Source of the DNA: Bacteroidota bacterium
GTDB lineage: Bacteria; Bacteroidota; Bacteroidia; 2-12-FULL-35-15
Direction: 5' to 3'
Assembly (NCBI GenBank): GCA_040387415.1
Contig: JAZKDU010000015.1
Coordinates: forward strand, 56,166-120,165
DNA length: 64,000 nt
Made by a program: the position numbers and the translations under genes. Shown here one piece after another: positions 46,717-56,578 of this stretch (position 1 is its first letter; every line of letters starts with the position of its first letter). Under the pieces are notes generated by a model, which saw nothing but the letters and a program-made list of their open reading frames with translations, was not told the origin of the DNA and made no database searches.

Positions 46717-47922
46717 TTACTTTTTTTGAGAAACCAGCAAATTATCTGCAGCGGATTCATTTCCGTACATTTCCAATGCAGCGTCAATATAATAAAACAC
46801 ATCCCTAGGATGCTCCTCGCCAGCCACTTTTGGCTCTCTCTTATTCCCCAAACGAACCACAATCATATGCTGATCAGGAATACAAACAACGTATTGTCCT
46901 AATATTCCACGCGCATAAAAAATGCTATGTCCTTTATAATTTGGAATAACCCACCAGGAATAGCCGTATTTATCATTCTTTTTACCATCGTCCATCAAAT
47001 CGGCTGGTTTTACTGAATTTAAAACATAGTCGACTGACACCAACTGGTTACCGTTCCATTTCCCGCTATCTAAAAACAATTGCCCCACACGTGCAAAATC
47101 GGTAGCATTGGAATTAAAGCAGCAAAACGCTTTTTCCATCCCGTCTTCATGATCAAGACTCCAGAACGCACTATTTTTAGCACCCAGCGGTTTCCATAGT
47201 TTTTCAGAAGCGTATTCACTTACTTTTTTTCCAGTTGCCTTTTGCAGAATAAACCCAAGCAGCTGCGTATTTCCGCTCAAATAATTAAAAACCTTCCCTG
47301 GCTCTTCTGATGCATCATATTTAAAAGTTAATTTCTCCAGGTCTTTGCCGTAATATGCTGCTCCCGGGTAAGCAAAAGGATTTTTATAATCTTCATCAAA
47401 ATTTATCCCTGAGGACATTGTAAGTAAATGTTTGATTGTGATTTTCGCCTTCTCCCCTTCTTTAAAATCGGGTAAAAAATCGCCAATTGATTGATCTACA
47501 CTTTTAATTTTACCTTCATCAATGGCTATTCCTGTTAATACACTTATTATTGTTTTCGCCATCGAAAACGAATTGGTATGTGAATCGGGGCCAAACCCAT
47601 CCCAGTATTGTTCATGCGCTAATGAATCATTTTTAATGACAGCAAAAGCCACTGTTTCTAAGCCTCCAAATTTTTTCTGAAACGTTTCGGAAATTGTTTT
47701 GGTATTGTAATTGTTTGCCAGATTCCATTTCTGATGGTTTCCGCTCTTCACTTCACGATTACTGAATATTTCATATTCAAATGCGTTCGGGCCCGAACGT
47801 CCTTTCAAATAAGTGTTTCCAATGGCTTTATACAAATAGGTTTTTCCGGAAACAATAATAATCAGGTTCAAAACCGCAAAAATGATTAAAAACCATTTAC
47901 CTGCCTTTTTTAGGGTTTTCAT
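46717..47922 (-). CDS. Serine hydrolase, beta-lactamase/transpeptidase-like family
   Basis: N-terminal TM/signal region. SxxK motif (SMAK) and YxN-like elements. Confidence 0.8.
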   Translation of the reverse strand: MKTLKKAGKWFLIIFAVLNLIIIVSGKTYLYKAIGNTYLKGRSGPNAFEYEIFSNREVKSGNHQKWNLANNYNTKTISETFQKKFGGLETVAFAVIKNDSLAHEQYWDGFGPDSHTNSFSMAKTIISVLTGIAIDEGKIKSVDQSIGDFLPDFKEGEKAKITIKHLLTMSSGINFDEDYKNPFAYPGAAYYGKDLEKLTFKYDASEEPGKVFNYLSGNTQLLGFILQKATGKKVSEYASEKLWKPLGAKNSAFWSLDHEDGMEKAFCCFNSNATDFARVGQLFLDSGKWNGNQLVSVDYVLNSVKPADLMDDGKKNDKYGYSWWVIPNYKGHSIFYARGILGQYVVCIPDQHMIVVRLGNKREPKVAGEEHPRDVFYYIDAALEMYGNESAADNLLVSQKK

Positions 47923-48119
47923 AATTTAATTTATTTGGTATGTAGTAATATTTACAAAATTAAACCAATTAAGTATCTGACCGCTAAAAAAGTAAAAAAA
48001 TGAAAAAAATTCTGCCTTCATGGCTGATTATGCCTGCAGTGAACAAAAAAAACATATTTCCAACCCGACCATTTCAATTAAATTTGTAATTTAAATGCAG
48101 AAATAATCAACAGGCATCT

Positions 48120-49274
48120 ATGAATTATCCGAATTTAATCAGCAGCAAATTGCCAAATATTGGAACAACAATATTTACAACAATGAGTAAGCTGGCAGCT
48201 GAGAATAATGCAATCAACCTTTCACAAGGGTTTCCTGACTTTAATTGCAACCCTGAATTGGTGGAGCTGGTTACTAAACACATGCAGGCAGGTAATAACC
48301 AGTATGCCCCAATGGCTGGTTTGATAAGCCTTAGGGAGAGTATCGCGGCAAAAACGGAAGAAATCTATTCTGCTAAATATGATCCGGAAACAGAAATAAC
48401 AATTACCGCAGGCGCTACACAGGCTATATTTACAGCCATTTCAGCCATTGTTCGTGAGGGAGATGAAGTAATTATTTTTGAACCTGCTTATGATTGTTAT
48501 CAACCGGCTATAGAATTGAATGGTGGCAAAACGGTCTATTTACAGCTAAAAGCTCCGGCTTATTCCATCGATTGGGAAGAGGTAAAAAAAGTAGTTAATT
48601 ACCGCACCAGAATGATCATTATTAATACGCCTCACAACCCAACCGGCAGTATAATGACAGCTGGTGATATGGCTAAACTGGAAAAGCTGGTTAAAGGCAC
48701 CGACATTGTGATTATAAGCGATGAGGTATATGAACATATTATTTTTGACGGATATGAGCACCAAAGTGTTGCCCGGTTTCCTAAGCTTGCAGAGAGAAGT
48801 TTTATTATTTCGTCTTTTGGAAAAACATTTCATACTACCGGATGGAAACTCGGATATTGTGTAGCACCCAAAAATTTAATGACGGAATTCAGAAAAGTGC
48901 ACCAGTTTATGGTGTTCTGCTGCAACACTCCCATTCAGCACGCATTGGCAGAATTTTTAAAAAATAAAAACAATTATACTGATCTAAGTAAATTTTATCA
49001 AAATAAGCGTGATTACTTTATCAAGTTAATTAAAGGCTCTAAATTCAAATTTGAACCTGCTACAGGCACCTATTTTCAGCTATTACGCTACAATACGATC
49101 AGTAAAGAAAAAGATGCCAACTTTGCAATAAAACTTACAAAAGAATTTGGTATTGCTTCTATTCCAATTTCTTCATTTTACCACAATGCAGTTGACAATA
49201 AAGTATTACGCTTCTGCTTTGCTAAAAAAGAAGAAACACTTGAAAAGGCTGCTGAAATATTAAATAAAATTTAA
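48120..49274 (+). CDS. PLP-dependent aminotransferase class I/II (methionine/glutamine aminotransferase YbdL-like)
   Basis: Aminotransferase I/II fold with the PLP-lysine region SFGKTF. 384 aa. Confidence 0.85.
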   Translation: MNYPNLISSKLPNIGTTIFTTMSKLAAENNAINLSQGFPDFNCNPELVELVTKHMQAGNNQYAPMAGLISLRESIAAKTEEIYSAKYDPETEITITAGATQAIFTAISAIVREGDEVIIFEPAYDCYQPAIELNGGKTVYLQLKAPAYSIDWEEVKKVVNYRTRMIIINTPHNPTGSIMTAGDMAKLEKLVKGTDIVIISDEVYEHIIFDGYEHQSVARFPKLAERSFIISSFGKTFHTTGWKLGYCVAPKNLMTEFRKVHQFMVFCCNTPIQHALAEFLKNKNNYTDLSKFYQNKRDYFIKLIKGSKFKFEPATGTYFQLLRYNTISKEKDANFAIKLTKEFGIASIPISSFYHNAVDNKVLRFCFAKKEETLEKAAEILNKI

Positions 49275-49363
49275 GTTTTAATTCTTCTGCCTGCTTCTAA
49301 TCTCGAATGCAGAAACAGAAAATGTAACATTTCTATTTTTTATAACTGAACTATCTATTTACA

Positions 49364-50191
49364 TTGTTATCAATGAATAATATAAAAGTAACAACCATAC
49401 AAACTCCGCTCCATTGGGAAAACAAAGAAAAAAACCTTCTGATGTTTTCCGAAAAAATTGATTCAATTGCGGAACCCACGGATTTGATTGTGCTCCCGGA
49501 AATGTTTACTACTGGCTTTAGTATGAAGCCGGAAAAGTTTGCTGAGCCTATGTCGGGCTCAACAGTTAAATGGATTACGGAGAAGGCTAAGGAGAAAAAT
49601 TGTGTTATTACTGGCAGCTTTATCTGCGAAGAAGAAGGTAAGTTTTATAACCGGCTTATTTGGGCTAATCCTGATGGCTCCTATAATACGTATGACAAAC
49701 GTCATTTATTCCGGATGGCACATGAGGATGCTCATTACAGTGCCGGACAAAATAAATTGATTGTAGAATTAAAGGGCTGGAAAATTTGTCCGCTGGTTTG
49801 TTATGATCTTCGATTCCCTGTATGGAGCCGCAACACACCAGCAGCGCAGTTATCAAAAAACACAAGTCCGGCTTATGAATATGATCTTTTGATATATGTT
49901 GCAAACTGGCCGGAAGTGCGCAGTTACCCGTGGCGAACATTATTACTTGCACGCGCTATCGAAAATCAGTGTTATGTTGTAGGATTAAACAGGATTGGTG
50001 ATGATGGTAATACTATTTATCATTCGGGCGATTCGGCAGTAATCAACGCTAAAGGAATTGTAATCAGCCATACAAAACCACATCAGGAATCCATAGAAAC
50101 AATTGAATTAAATTACGCTGAACTACAGGATTTCAGGAAAGCATTTCCTGCAATGCTGGATGCCGATTCATTTGAAATAGTAGGAGATTAG
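49364..50191 (+). CDS. Carbon-nitrogen hydrolase (omega-amidase, Nit2/YafV-like)
   Basis: E-K-C triad context with Cys in ICYDLRFP. 275 aa. Confidence 0.85.
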   Translation: MLSMNNIKVTTIQTPLHWENKEKNLLMFSEKIDSIAEPTDLIVLPEMFTTGFSMKPEKFAEPMSGSTVKWITEKAKEKNCVITGSFICEEEGKFYNRLIWANPDGSYNTYDKRHLFRMAHEDAHYSAGQNKLIVELKGWKICPLVCYDLRFPVWSRNTPAAQLSKNTSPAYEYDLLIYVANWPEVRSYPWRTLLLARAIENQCYVVGLNRIGDDGNTIYHSGDSAVINAKGIVISHTKPHQESIETIELNYAELQDFRKAFPAMLDADSFEIVGD

Positions 50192-50197
50192 TTTTTA

Positions 50198-51958
50198 CTA
50201 AGGATTTACTATTTTCCACTCCAATTCAAAGTCCCAATTGGCACGTGTATTAACAGGTTCAGCATTATAGATGGTTCTTTCCGGCTGTTGGTGCTCAAGC
50301 AGATTACCTGTATCCCATTTACCATTTTCATTCTCATCAACAATAACTTTTAATTTATACTTTCTGGGAATCAGATAGGAGTAGGTAAGTGTTTCTGATT
50401 TTTTAATATTAGCTGTCCGCACTACATTTTCTTTTTCATCCAATAACTGAATTATATAATTTCCTTTTTTAATTTCAGGAACATCAATTTTTAATTTTAC
50501 GCTGCCGTACTGTTTCTCTTCACGCGTTTTAAAGTCTATTTTTATTGTATCATTTGTTATGCCGTAAATATCTGTAAAAGTACCTGGCGGAATAAATAAA
50601 TGATAGCTGGTATTCTCTTTAAACTTAACAGGAGTGATTACAGCATTTTTACTTCCATTCAGCGTTTTCATATTCACTGCAATAGTATTTAGCGATTTAA
50701 GATCGTAAAACAGGCCTAAATGCTCCTTATAAAGAACAGTATCTTCCATAAGCCTTATCTCTTTATTTTTAATAGTATTAAATAACACTGGATCAATTGG
50801 ATTACTAAAAACAAGTGTAAAGCCGGCATTCAGGTCAAATGATTGATTACCTCCTGGACTGCTTAACAACTTAAACTGAAATGCGCTTCTTCGGTTTTTC
50901 ACCGCTTCTTCCTTTTTAACTACTTTAAAAGCCACAGTATCAATAATTTTAATTCCATCACTAAGCTGAAGAAGGAGTGAATCCTTCTCTATGTTTCTGA
51001 ACCAATAATTGAGCGTATCTCTATTTTTTGAATATTCAAAAAACAAGTCTTTCGTTTCGAATGTATGGTTCAGCGGCTGCACAATAATGGTATCAACAGG
51101 TTTGTTAAAAACAAACTGCGCTTTACCAAAAGAGCTATACCACTTTTTTAGAAACAGCTTTTTAGCAGGTTGCTGAAACATCTCGATTGAAATATTTTTT
51201 TTCTTTGAAACATCTACTAATGTATCATAAAAACCAACGCTTTCGGCCTCTCCTTCATATTTGTAGTTTGCATTTGCATCCTTTAAAGCAAGTAATTTAT
51301 ATTTCCCCTGACGAATATTATTAATTTGAAAAGTACCATCTTCTTTCGTTTTTCCGAAATAATCCGGTGCCCGCTTAAAAATTGAACTGTCATTAAAATC
51401 ACCGTAGAGCATCACCAAAATGCCCTTTTCTGCTTTATGATCAAAGCCGTTTTGAACTTTCCCCTGAAGAGTCAGAGAATCAATAAAGCTGCCAGTCGAA
51501 AAAATATATTTAAAATTATCAATTGGCGTGTTTTCATGAATATCCTGCACAGCGTTGCCAAAATTAATAGAGTAGGTTGTATTTGGTTTGAGCTGTTCGG
51601 CCTTATCAAAAACAACAGTGAGTGTTTTATTTTTCACATCTATATCAGGAATATATTCTAGAGGCGGGGAAATTATCAATTGGCTGTTTAAATCCTTCAA
51701 TTGAACATATTCGTTAAATACAAATACAATGGATTTTGATTTAAAATTAAGTGAAGCACTGTCAGGGGCATATTTAACAACTTTAGCAGGTGTTTTATCC
51801 ATCGCGCCTCCACCAGGCGCAACCACCTGGGCGCAAGAGCTTATCAGGGCGCAAACAAGCAAACAAGCGAATACACGAACGTTTACACTGATATGTTTAA
51901 ACGCTACATATTTTAGTTTTTTATCTATATTTTCAAACGAATTATACTTCAAGATCAA
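50198..51958 (-). CDS. Hypothetical lipoprotein with Ig-like (BIG-type) domain
   Basis: Lipobox LISSC. Ig-like segment ...TLTVVFDKAEQLKPNTTYSINF. Confidence 0.65.
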   Translation of the reverse strand: MILKYNSFENIDKKLKYVAFKHISVNVRVFACLLVCALISSCAQVVAPGGGAMDKTPAKVVKYAPDSASLNFKSKSIVFVFNEYVQLKDLNSQLIISPPLEYIPDIDVKNKTLTVVFDKAEQLKPNTTYSINFGNAVQDIHENTPIDNFKYIFSTGSFIDSLTLQGKVQNGFDHKAEKGILVMLYGDFNDSSIFKRAPDYFGKTKEDGTFQINNIRQGKYKLLALKDANANYKYEGEAESVGFYDTLVDVSKKKNISIEMFQQPAKKLFLKKWYSSFGKAQFVFNKPVDTIIVQPLNHTFETKDLFFEYSKNRDTLNYWFRNIEKDSLLLQLSDGIKIIDTVAFKVVKKEEAVKNRRSAFQFKLLSSPGGNQSFDLNAGFTLVFSNPIDPVLFNTIKNKEIRLMEDTVLYKEHLGLFYDLKSLNTIAVNMKTLNGSKNAVITPVKFKENTSYHLFIPPGTFTDIYGITNDTIKIDFKTREEKQYGSVKLKIDVPEIKKGNYIIQLLDEKENVVRTANIKKSETLTYSYLIPRKYKLKVIVDENENGKWDTGNLLEHQQPERTIYNAEPVNTRANWDFELEWKIVNP

Positions 51959-51979
51959 TGCGTGTTTTTTTAATTTTAA

Positions 51980-52522
51980 TTATTTGCTGAATACTTCCAT
52001 ATCGATGGATTCAAGGATGATTTGGATAATTTTTTCTAAATAACTCTGATCTGTTTCATCAAAATCAGCAAGGTTTACACTATCAACATCCAACACAAAC
52101 AAAACGTTACCATCTTTACAAAATGCAGGTAATACTATTTCCGATTTTGTTAGGGCACTGCAGGCAATGTGTCCCGGAAAATTTTCTACATCTTCAACAA
52201 TTATTGTTTTTTTCAATTCCCAGCATTTGCCGCAAACTCCTTTTCCAAAATCAATACGGGTGCAAGCCACCGGCCCTTGAAACAAACCAAGGACTAACTG
52301 TGTATCCTTAGTTCCTGTTTTTACAACCGCCTCAGGTCCTTTAGGTTTCACGAAATAAATCCCTATCCAAAAATAATCCATTGAATATTTAAGAGCAGCG
52401 AGAATATTTGAAAGATTAGCAATCGAATCCTTTTCCCCCTCCATTAATGCTTTAATTTGAGGGATAAGAGATTCGTACTTTTCTTTTTTTGTATGTCCTG
52501 AAACTACTAAGGAATCAACCAT
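51980..52522 (-). CDS. GAF-domain free methionine-(R)-sulfoxide reductase (fRMsr/YebR-like)
   Basis: LGLFQGPVACTRIDFGKGVCGKCW...GHIACSALTKSEIVLP, with conserved Cys residues. Start taken at MVDSL; ORF-track start is 52543. Confidence 0.75.
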   Translation of the reverse strand: MVDSLVVSGHTKKEKYESLIPQIKALMEGEKDSIANLSNILAALKYSMDYFWIGIYFVKPKGPEAVVKTGTKDTQLVLGLFQGPVACTRIDFGKGVCGKCWELKKTIIVEDVENFPGHIACSALTKSEIVLPAFCKDGNVLFVLDVDSVNLADFDETDQSYLEKIIQIILESIDMEVFSK

Positions 52523-52607
52523 TTTATTTTTATTCAAGTACAAAGATATAAAAGCCCGCTATATCTATTGAAGTAAAGCTTTTTAATTCAATAACTAAGC
52601 CATAATT

Positions 52608-53294
52608 TTAATGATTCGCAGCGTAAGCGATTGTGGCAACACTTACTTTTACTCCTGGTATCCGCAGCAACGTATGCGCACAGGCTTCCAACGTAGCCCC
52701 AGTTGTAATAACATCATCTACTAACAAAATATGTTTCCCTTCCAATAGATCGGGATTACGGACCTGAAAAAGCGATTCTACATTTTGCCAACGTAAAAAG
52801 CGAGATTTTTTTGTTTGAGTTTCAGACTCTAAAGCCCGATAAAGTGTTTTTAAATCCACTTTAATCTGCATACTTTCTGCTAAACCTTCAGCAAATGAAT
52901 CACTTTGGTTATAACCGCGTTTTTTTTGCCTTTTAGGATGTAGTGGTACAGGAACAATAACTTCTACCGTATTAAAATCATCACAATATTTAAGCTCTTG
53001 CCCATACAAACTGCCTACTGTACTTCCAATATGCTTTTGGCCCTTATACTTTAACTGGTGAATTAAATGCTGCACTTTACCGCCCTTATTGAAGCCATAA
53101 TAAGCTGCGGCTGAGAAAATGGGCACCCGGCCCCAAAATATTTTCGCAACAGGATTATTGCTGTCTAAATGAAAGTTAGTTCTTGGCAAATAATACGCGC
53201 AGTATGTACATATACTTTCCTCATTTTTATATAAACTCTTCCCGCACGAAACACAGACATGCGGGAATATTAAGGCAATAAAATCGGACAGCAT
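52608..53294 (-). CDS. ComF-family protein (phosphoribosyltransferase domain with N-terminal Cys4 zinc ribbon)
   Basis: CVSCG...CTYC zinc ribbon. PRTase motif ILLVDDVITTGAT. Confidence 0.8.
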   Translation of the reverse strand: MLSDFIALIFPHVCVSCGKSLYKNEESICTYCAYYLPRTNFHLDSNNPVAKIFWGRVPIFSAAAYYGFNKGGKVQHLIHQLKYKGQKHIGSTVGSLYGQELKYCDDFNTVEVIVPVPLHPKRQKKRGYNQSDSFAEGLAESMQIKVDLKTLYRALESETQTKKSRFLRWQNVESLFQVRNPDLLEGKHILLVDDVITTGATLEACAHTLLRIPGVKVSVATIAYAANH

Positions 53295-53365
53295 AACGTT
53301 TTAGCCTAAGCAGTTAAAATTTCATTACTTTTGCAAAACATAAAAATAATCAATCAGCGACAATT

Positions 53366-54283
53366 ATGGAAAATAATCAGGAAGAAAAAAAATCAAACAA
53401 GAAATTAATTTTAATACTATTGATTGTATCCTTATTGGGAAATGGTGTGTTAATAGGTCTTTGGCTTAACGAACGCGGGCAGGTGAGAACAGAAATAGTA
53501 ATGAAAGAGCAGGTAATACTTGATCGCGATAATGTAAAAGCTGACTTATTGGAATTGCAGGAAGAATATGCCACCCTTCAAACAAATGATCAGGGAATGC
53601 AGGTTGAATTGGAAGCTAAACGTGCTGAAATAGCTGAATTACTTGAACAGGCAGAAAAACACAAAGACGATGCGTATATAATTTCAAAATTGCGTAAGGA
53701 AACAGTTTCTCTTCGTAAAATAATGAAGCATTACATTAAAGAAATTGATTCATTAAATACTTTAAATAAAACTATTATTGCTGAAAAGGATAAAGTAAGC
53801 GCTGATTTAAATACCGAAAAAGGCATTTCCTCAAAGCTATCGAAAGACAAGGATGCTTTGCAAAGCACCGTAAATCTTGGCTCTATGCTAAAAGCTTCAA
53901 ACCCTTCAGCAAAAGGGGTGAAGTTCAAATCAGGTGGTAAAAAAGAAGTAGAAACAGAGCGTGCATCCAGAGTTGAAAAAATAAAAGTATCTTTTTTACT
54001 ATCTGAAAACAAAATTGCGAAGCGCGGTGAAAAACCTGTCTATGTGCGCATTGTTTCCCCTGATGGAAAAGAAATCTGCAAATCCCCTGACCAGGGAAAC
54101 ATGTTCAGTTTCAACGGTTCTAAAGGTTATTTCGCAGGAAGAGAAGAAGTGGATTACAAAAATGAAGAAATGCCGGTAGATATTTTCTGCGAAAGCCCAA
54201 GTGAATTTGTTCCTGGTAAATATCTTATCACTATTGGATGCGATAATGTTATTATCGGAGAAACCACGCTCACGCTGAAATAA
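53366..54283 (+). CDS. Hypothetical membrane-anchored coiled-coil protein
   Basis: N-terminal TM segment, long heptad-like stretch, C-terminal globular part. Confidence 0.55.
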   Translation: MENNQEEKKSNKKLILILLIVSLLGNGVLIGLWLNERGQVRTEIVMKEQVILDRDNVKADLLELQEEYATLQTNDQGMQVELEAKRAEIAELLEQAEKHKDDAYIISKLRKETVSLRKIMKHYIKEIDSLNTLNKTIIAEKDKVSADLNTEKGISSKLSKDKDALQSTVNLGSMLKASNPSAKGVKFKSGGKKEVETERASRVEKIKVSFLLSENKIAKRGEKPVYVRIVSPDGKEICKSPDQGNMFSFNGSKGYFAGREEVDYKNEEMPVDIFCESPSEFVPGKYLITIGCDNVIIGETTLTLK

Positions 54284-54302
54284 CTGCTTCTGTATGTTTA
54301 TA

Positions 54303-54336
54303 AAAAAAAGCCAACGAAATATCGTTGGCTTTTTTC
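54303..54336 (+). terminator. Rho-independent (bidirectional-looking) terminator
   Basis: aaaaaaaagccaacga-aata-tcgttggctttttt. Confidence 0.65.
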
Positions 54337-54480
54337 ATATACTAAACCGAGTGCTTTCACAGCAACAAGGGAAATGATAATAACTACATACAGTAAGCGA
54401 TCAAAGATTAACCACGGTTATTAAAACCGCTAATAAAATAGACTTTGACCAGTGTTCCAGAATTGTCAGAAATATTCGCA

Positions 54481-55737
54481 TTAATTGTTTTTATATAACC
54501 AGGTTTCAGGATCCAATTTTGTCTGACCTTTCCATATTTCAAAATGAAGAACAGTTTTAGAATCTTCATCATCCATTAAAACAGAACCAATGTTTTGTTT
54601 TGTTTTTACCTTATCACCTACTTTTACATAAACTTCCTTTAAATTAGAATAAATGGTTAAAAATTCGCCATGACGCACTAAAATAAACTGGCCGGAACCA
54701 GGCATATTTACAACCGCTTTTACTTCACCCATAAATACAGCTTGTGCCAGAGCCCCTGTGCTTGTAGTAATATCAATACCATTATTATTAATATCAATGT
54801 TAGGCATCAATGGATGAGGATGCACACCGAAATGCTCACTTACCAGACCTTTTACTACCGGCCATGGCAACTTACCCTTATTAGTTGTAAATGAATTAGA
54901 GAGCTGCTGTGATTCCGGGGTTAAAACAAGTTTCACCGGTTTTGGACGATTTTCTGTTTCCGCCTCCTTTTGCATTTTCTCAAGTTCTTTCTGTATAACA
55001 CGTTGAATAGCCTGCTGCAATTTTTCCGCATCCTTTTTCTTTTTATCGAGATCTTTTTTCAGTTTACTCTCCTGCTGCTGCAATTGCGAAAACACTTCTT
55101 CTTTCTCTGTTTTTTCAGAGGTCAGATTTTTTTTCTCTGTTTGCTCACTGCCAAGCAAAACACGCTGATCCGTTTTTTTAGCTTCCAGATCCAGAACTTT
55201 TTGATCGAGATTTTTTCTGGTATCTGTAATCATCTCTGCCTGCTTATGACGATAATCACTATACTGCTGAAGGTATTTTAGCCGCATAAAAGCCTGCTCA
55301 AAATCTCTTGCTGCAAAAACAAACATCAGGCGGTTATATGCATCTTGATTTTTATATGCATAATAAATCATTTTTGCATATTCGGCTTTTAACTTAGCCA
55401 GCTGGGATTGCAATCCTTTAATCGATGCGTTTTTTTCAGAAATTTGCTTATTCAGTATATTGATCTCACTATTAATTGTGTAAATCAACTCCTCCCTATT
55501 TTTTATTTTTTGATTTAATGCTACCAGATCACCTAAGGAACGCTTCTTATTTTTTTTAGTTTCAGCAAGCAGCTTATTGGTGTATTCTATTTCTTTTTGA
55601 AGCTGTTTTTTCTTATTCTCTAAATCTGACTTACTTTGTTTTTGGGCAAAAGAAAACTGGGCATTCAGTACTACTAAACACCAAAACATAATAAATAAAA
55701 AAGCTTTATTATTTTTCTTTAGAAACGATTTGCTCAT
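54481..55737 (-). CDS. M23/LytM-domain murein hydrolase activator (EnvC-like): signal peptide, long coiled coil, C-terminal M23 domain
   Basis: 418 aa. Coiled-coil K/E/Q-rich region. C-terminal LytM-type fold (GIDI...FILVRHGEFLTIYSNL...VLHFEIW). Confidence 0.85.
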   Translation of the reverse strand: MSKSFLKKNNKAFLFIMFWCLVVLNAQFSFAQKQSKSDLENKKKQLQKEIEYTNKLLAETKKNKKRSLGDLVALNQKIKNREELIYTINSEINILNKQISEKNASIKGLQSQLAKLKAEYAKMIYYAYKNQDAYNRLMFVFAARDFEQAFMRLKYLQQYSDYRHKQAEMITDTRKNLDQKVLDLEAKKTDQRVLLGSEQTEKKNLTSEKTEKEEVFSQLQQQESKLKKDLDKKKKDAEKLQQAIQRVIQKELEKMQKEAETENRPKPVKLVLTPESQQLSNSFTTNKGKLPWPVVKGLVSEHFGVHPHPLMPNIDINNNGIDITTSTGALAQAVFMGEVKAVVNMPGSGQFILVRHGEFLTIYSNLKEVYVKVGDKVKTKQNIGSVLMDDEDSKTVLHFEIWKGQTKLDPETWLYKNN

Positions 55738-56578
55738 AATTATCCGGAATTTTGAAAGGGAAACTCTGCTCTTCGTCTAAGCGTGGTTTATTATAGTTAA
55801 TCTCAATATTAACGGTTTTTTGAGCCTTGATGCTGTAGTTCATTTTTAAAGGAAAAAATTGGGAGGAATCCACTTCAGCGAATTCAAAAAAGCGGGCATC
55901 AAAACTTCGTTCAGGATTAAATTCGTAAAATAATATTCGTGCAATTTTAAAAGTCCCTGGAACCATATAAATACTTTGTGCGGATTCCTTTAGCTCTTTA
56001 CCTTTCACCATTACTTTTCGAAGTTTATATTTCCGGATGGTCCCCAGCGTATACTGACAATTATCTACACCAGGTTTTAATTTATCATCTTCATTATAAA
56101 AAGCCACGCTATTTCCAACCAATAAAGACTGGAGCACTTCATAATCTAACTGCGTATTCAACCATTTACTTAAATAAGTAAAATCCCCTTTAAAATAGGT
56201 GCTGTTAATGCGGTTGAAAAACTTTACAGAATCTTTAGTAATGTATACTCTTGCACCTTCTATTCCCAATTTTGAAATAGACATCCAGATAATACTATCT
56301 TTTTTTATTCGCAATGAAACGGAGAATGAATTAAAGGTACTGTCAATCATTGTTTCCACGCTAAGCTTCGCATTCAGCTTCTCAAAACGAAACTCGTTTG
56401 ACTTCAGATATCCTGTTAATACTTTAGCATTTTTATAATCTAAAATACATTTATTGTTTGTTTGTGTGGCTTTCTGCAGGTTTTTGCAGGAACTCAATGC
56501 AACTACAAGTACAAAAGAAAATAATAACACCCGCTGAAGTGGAAGCAAAACAAAAAGCCCCGAAAATCGATTATTCAT
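55709..56578 (-). CDS. DUF4292-like outer-membrane lipoprotein (LolA-like fold family)
   Basis: Lipobox LSSC, 289 aa. Lies in the conserved Bacteroidetes position between a TPR protein and the M23 peptidase. Confidence 0.6.
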   Translation of the reverse strand: MNNRFSGLFVLLPLQRVLLFSFVLVVALSSCKNLQKATQTNNKCILDYKNAKVLTGYLKSNEFRFEKLNAKLSVETMIDSTFNSFSVSLRIKKDSIIWMSISKLGIEGARVYITKDSVKFFNRINSTYFKGDFTYLSKWLNTQLDYEVLQSLLVGNSVAFYNEDDKLKPGVDNCQYTLGTIRKYKLRKVMVKGKELKESAQSIYMVPGTFKIARILFYEFNPERSFDARFFEFAEVDSSQFFPLKMNYSIKAQKTVNIEINYNKPRLDEEQSFPFKIPDNYEQIVSKEK

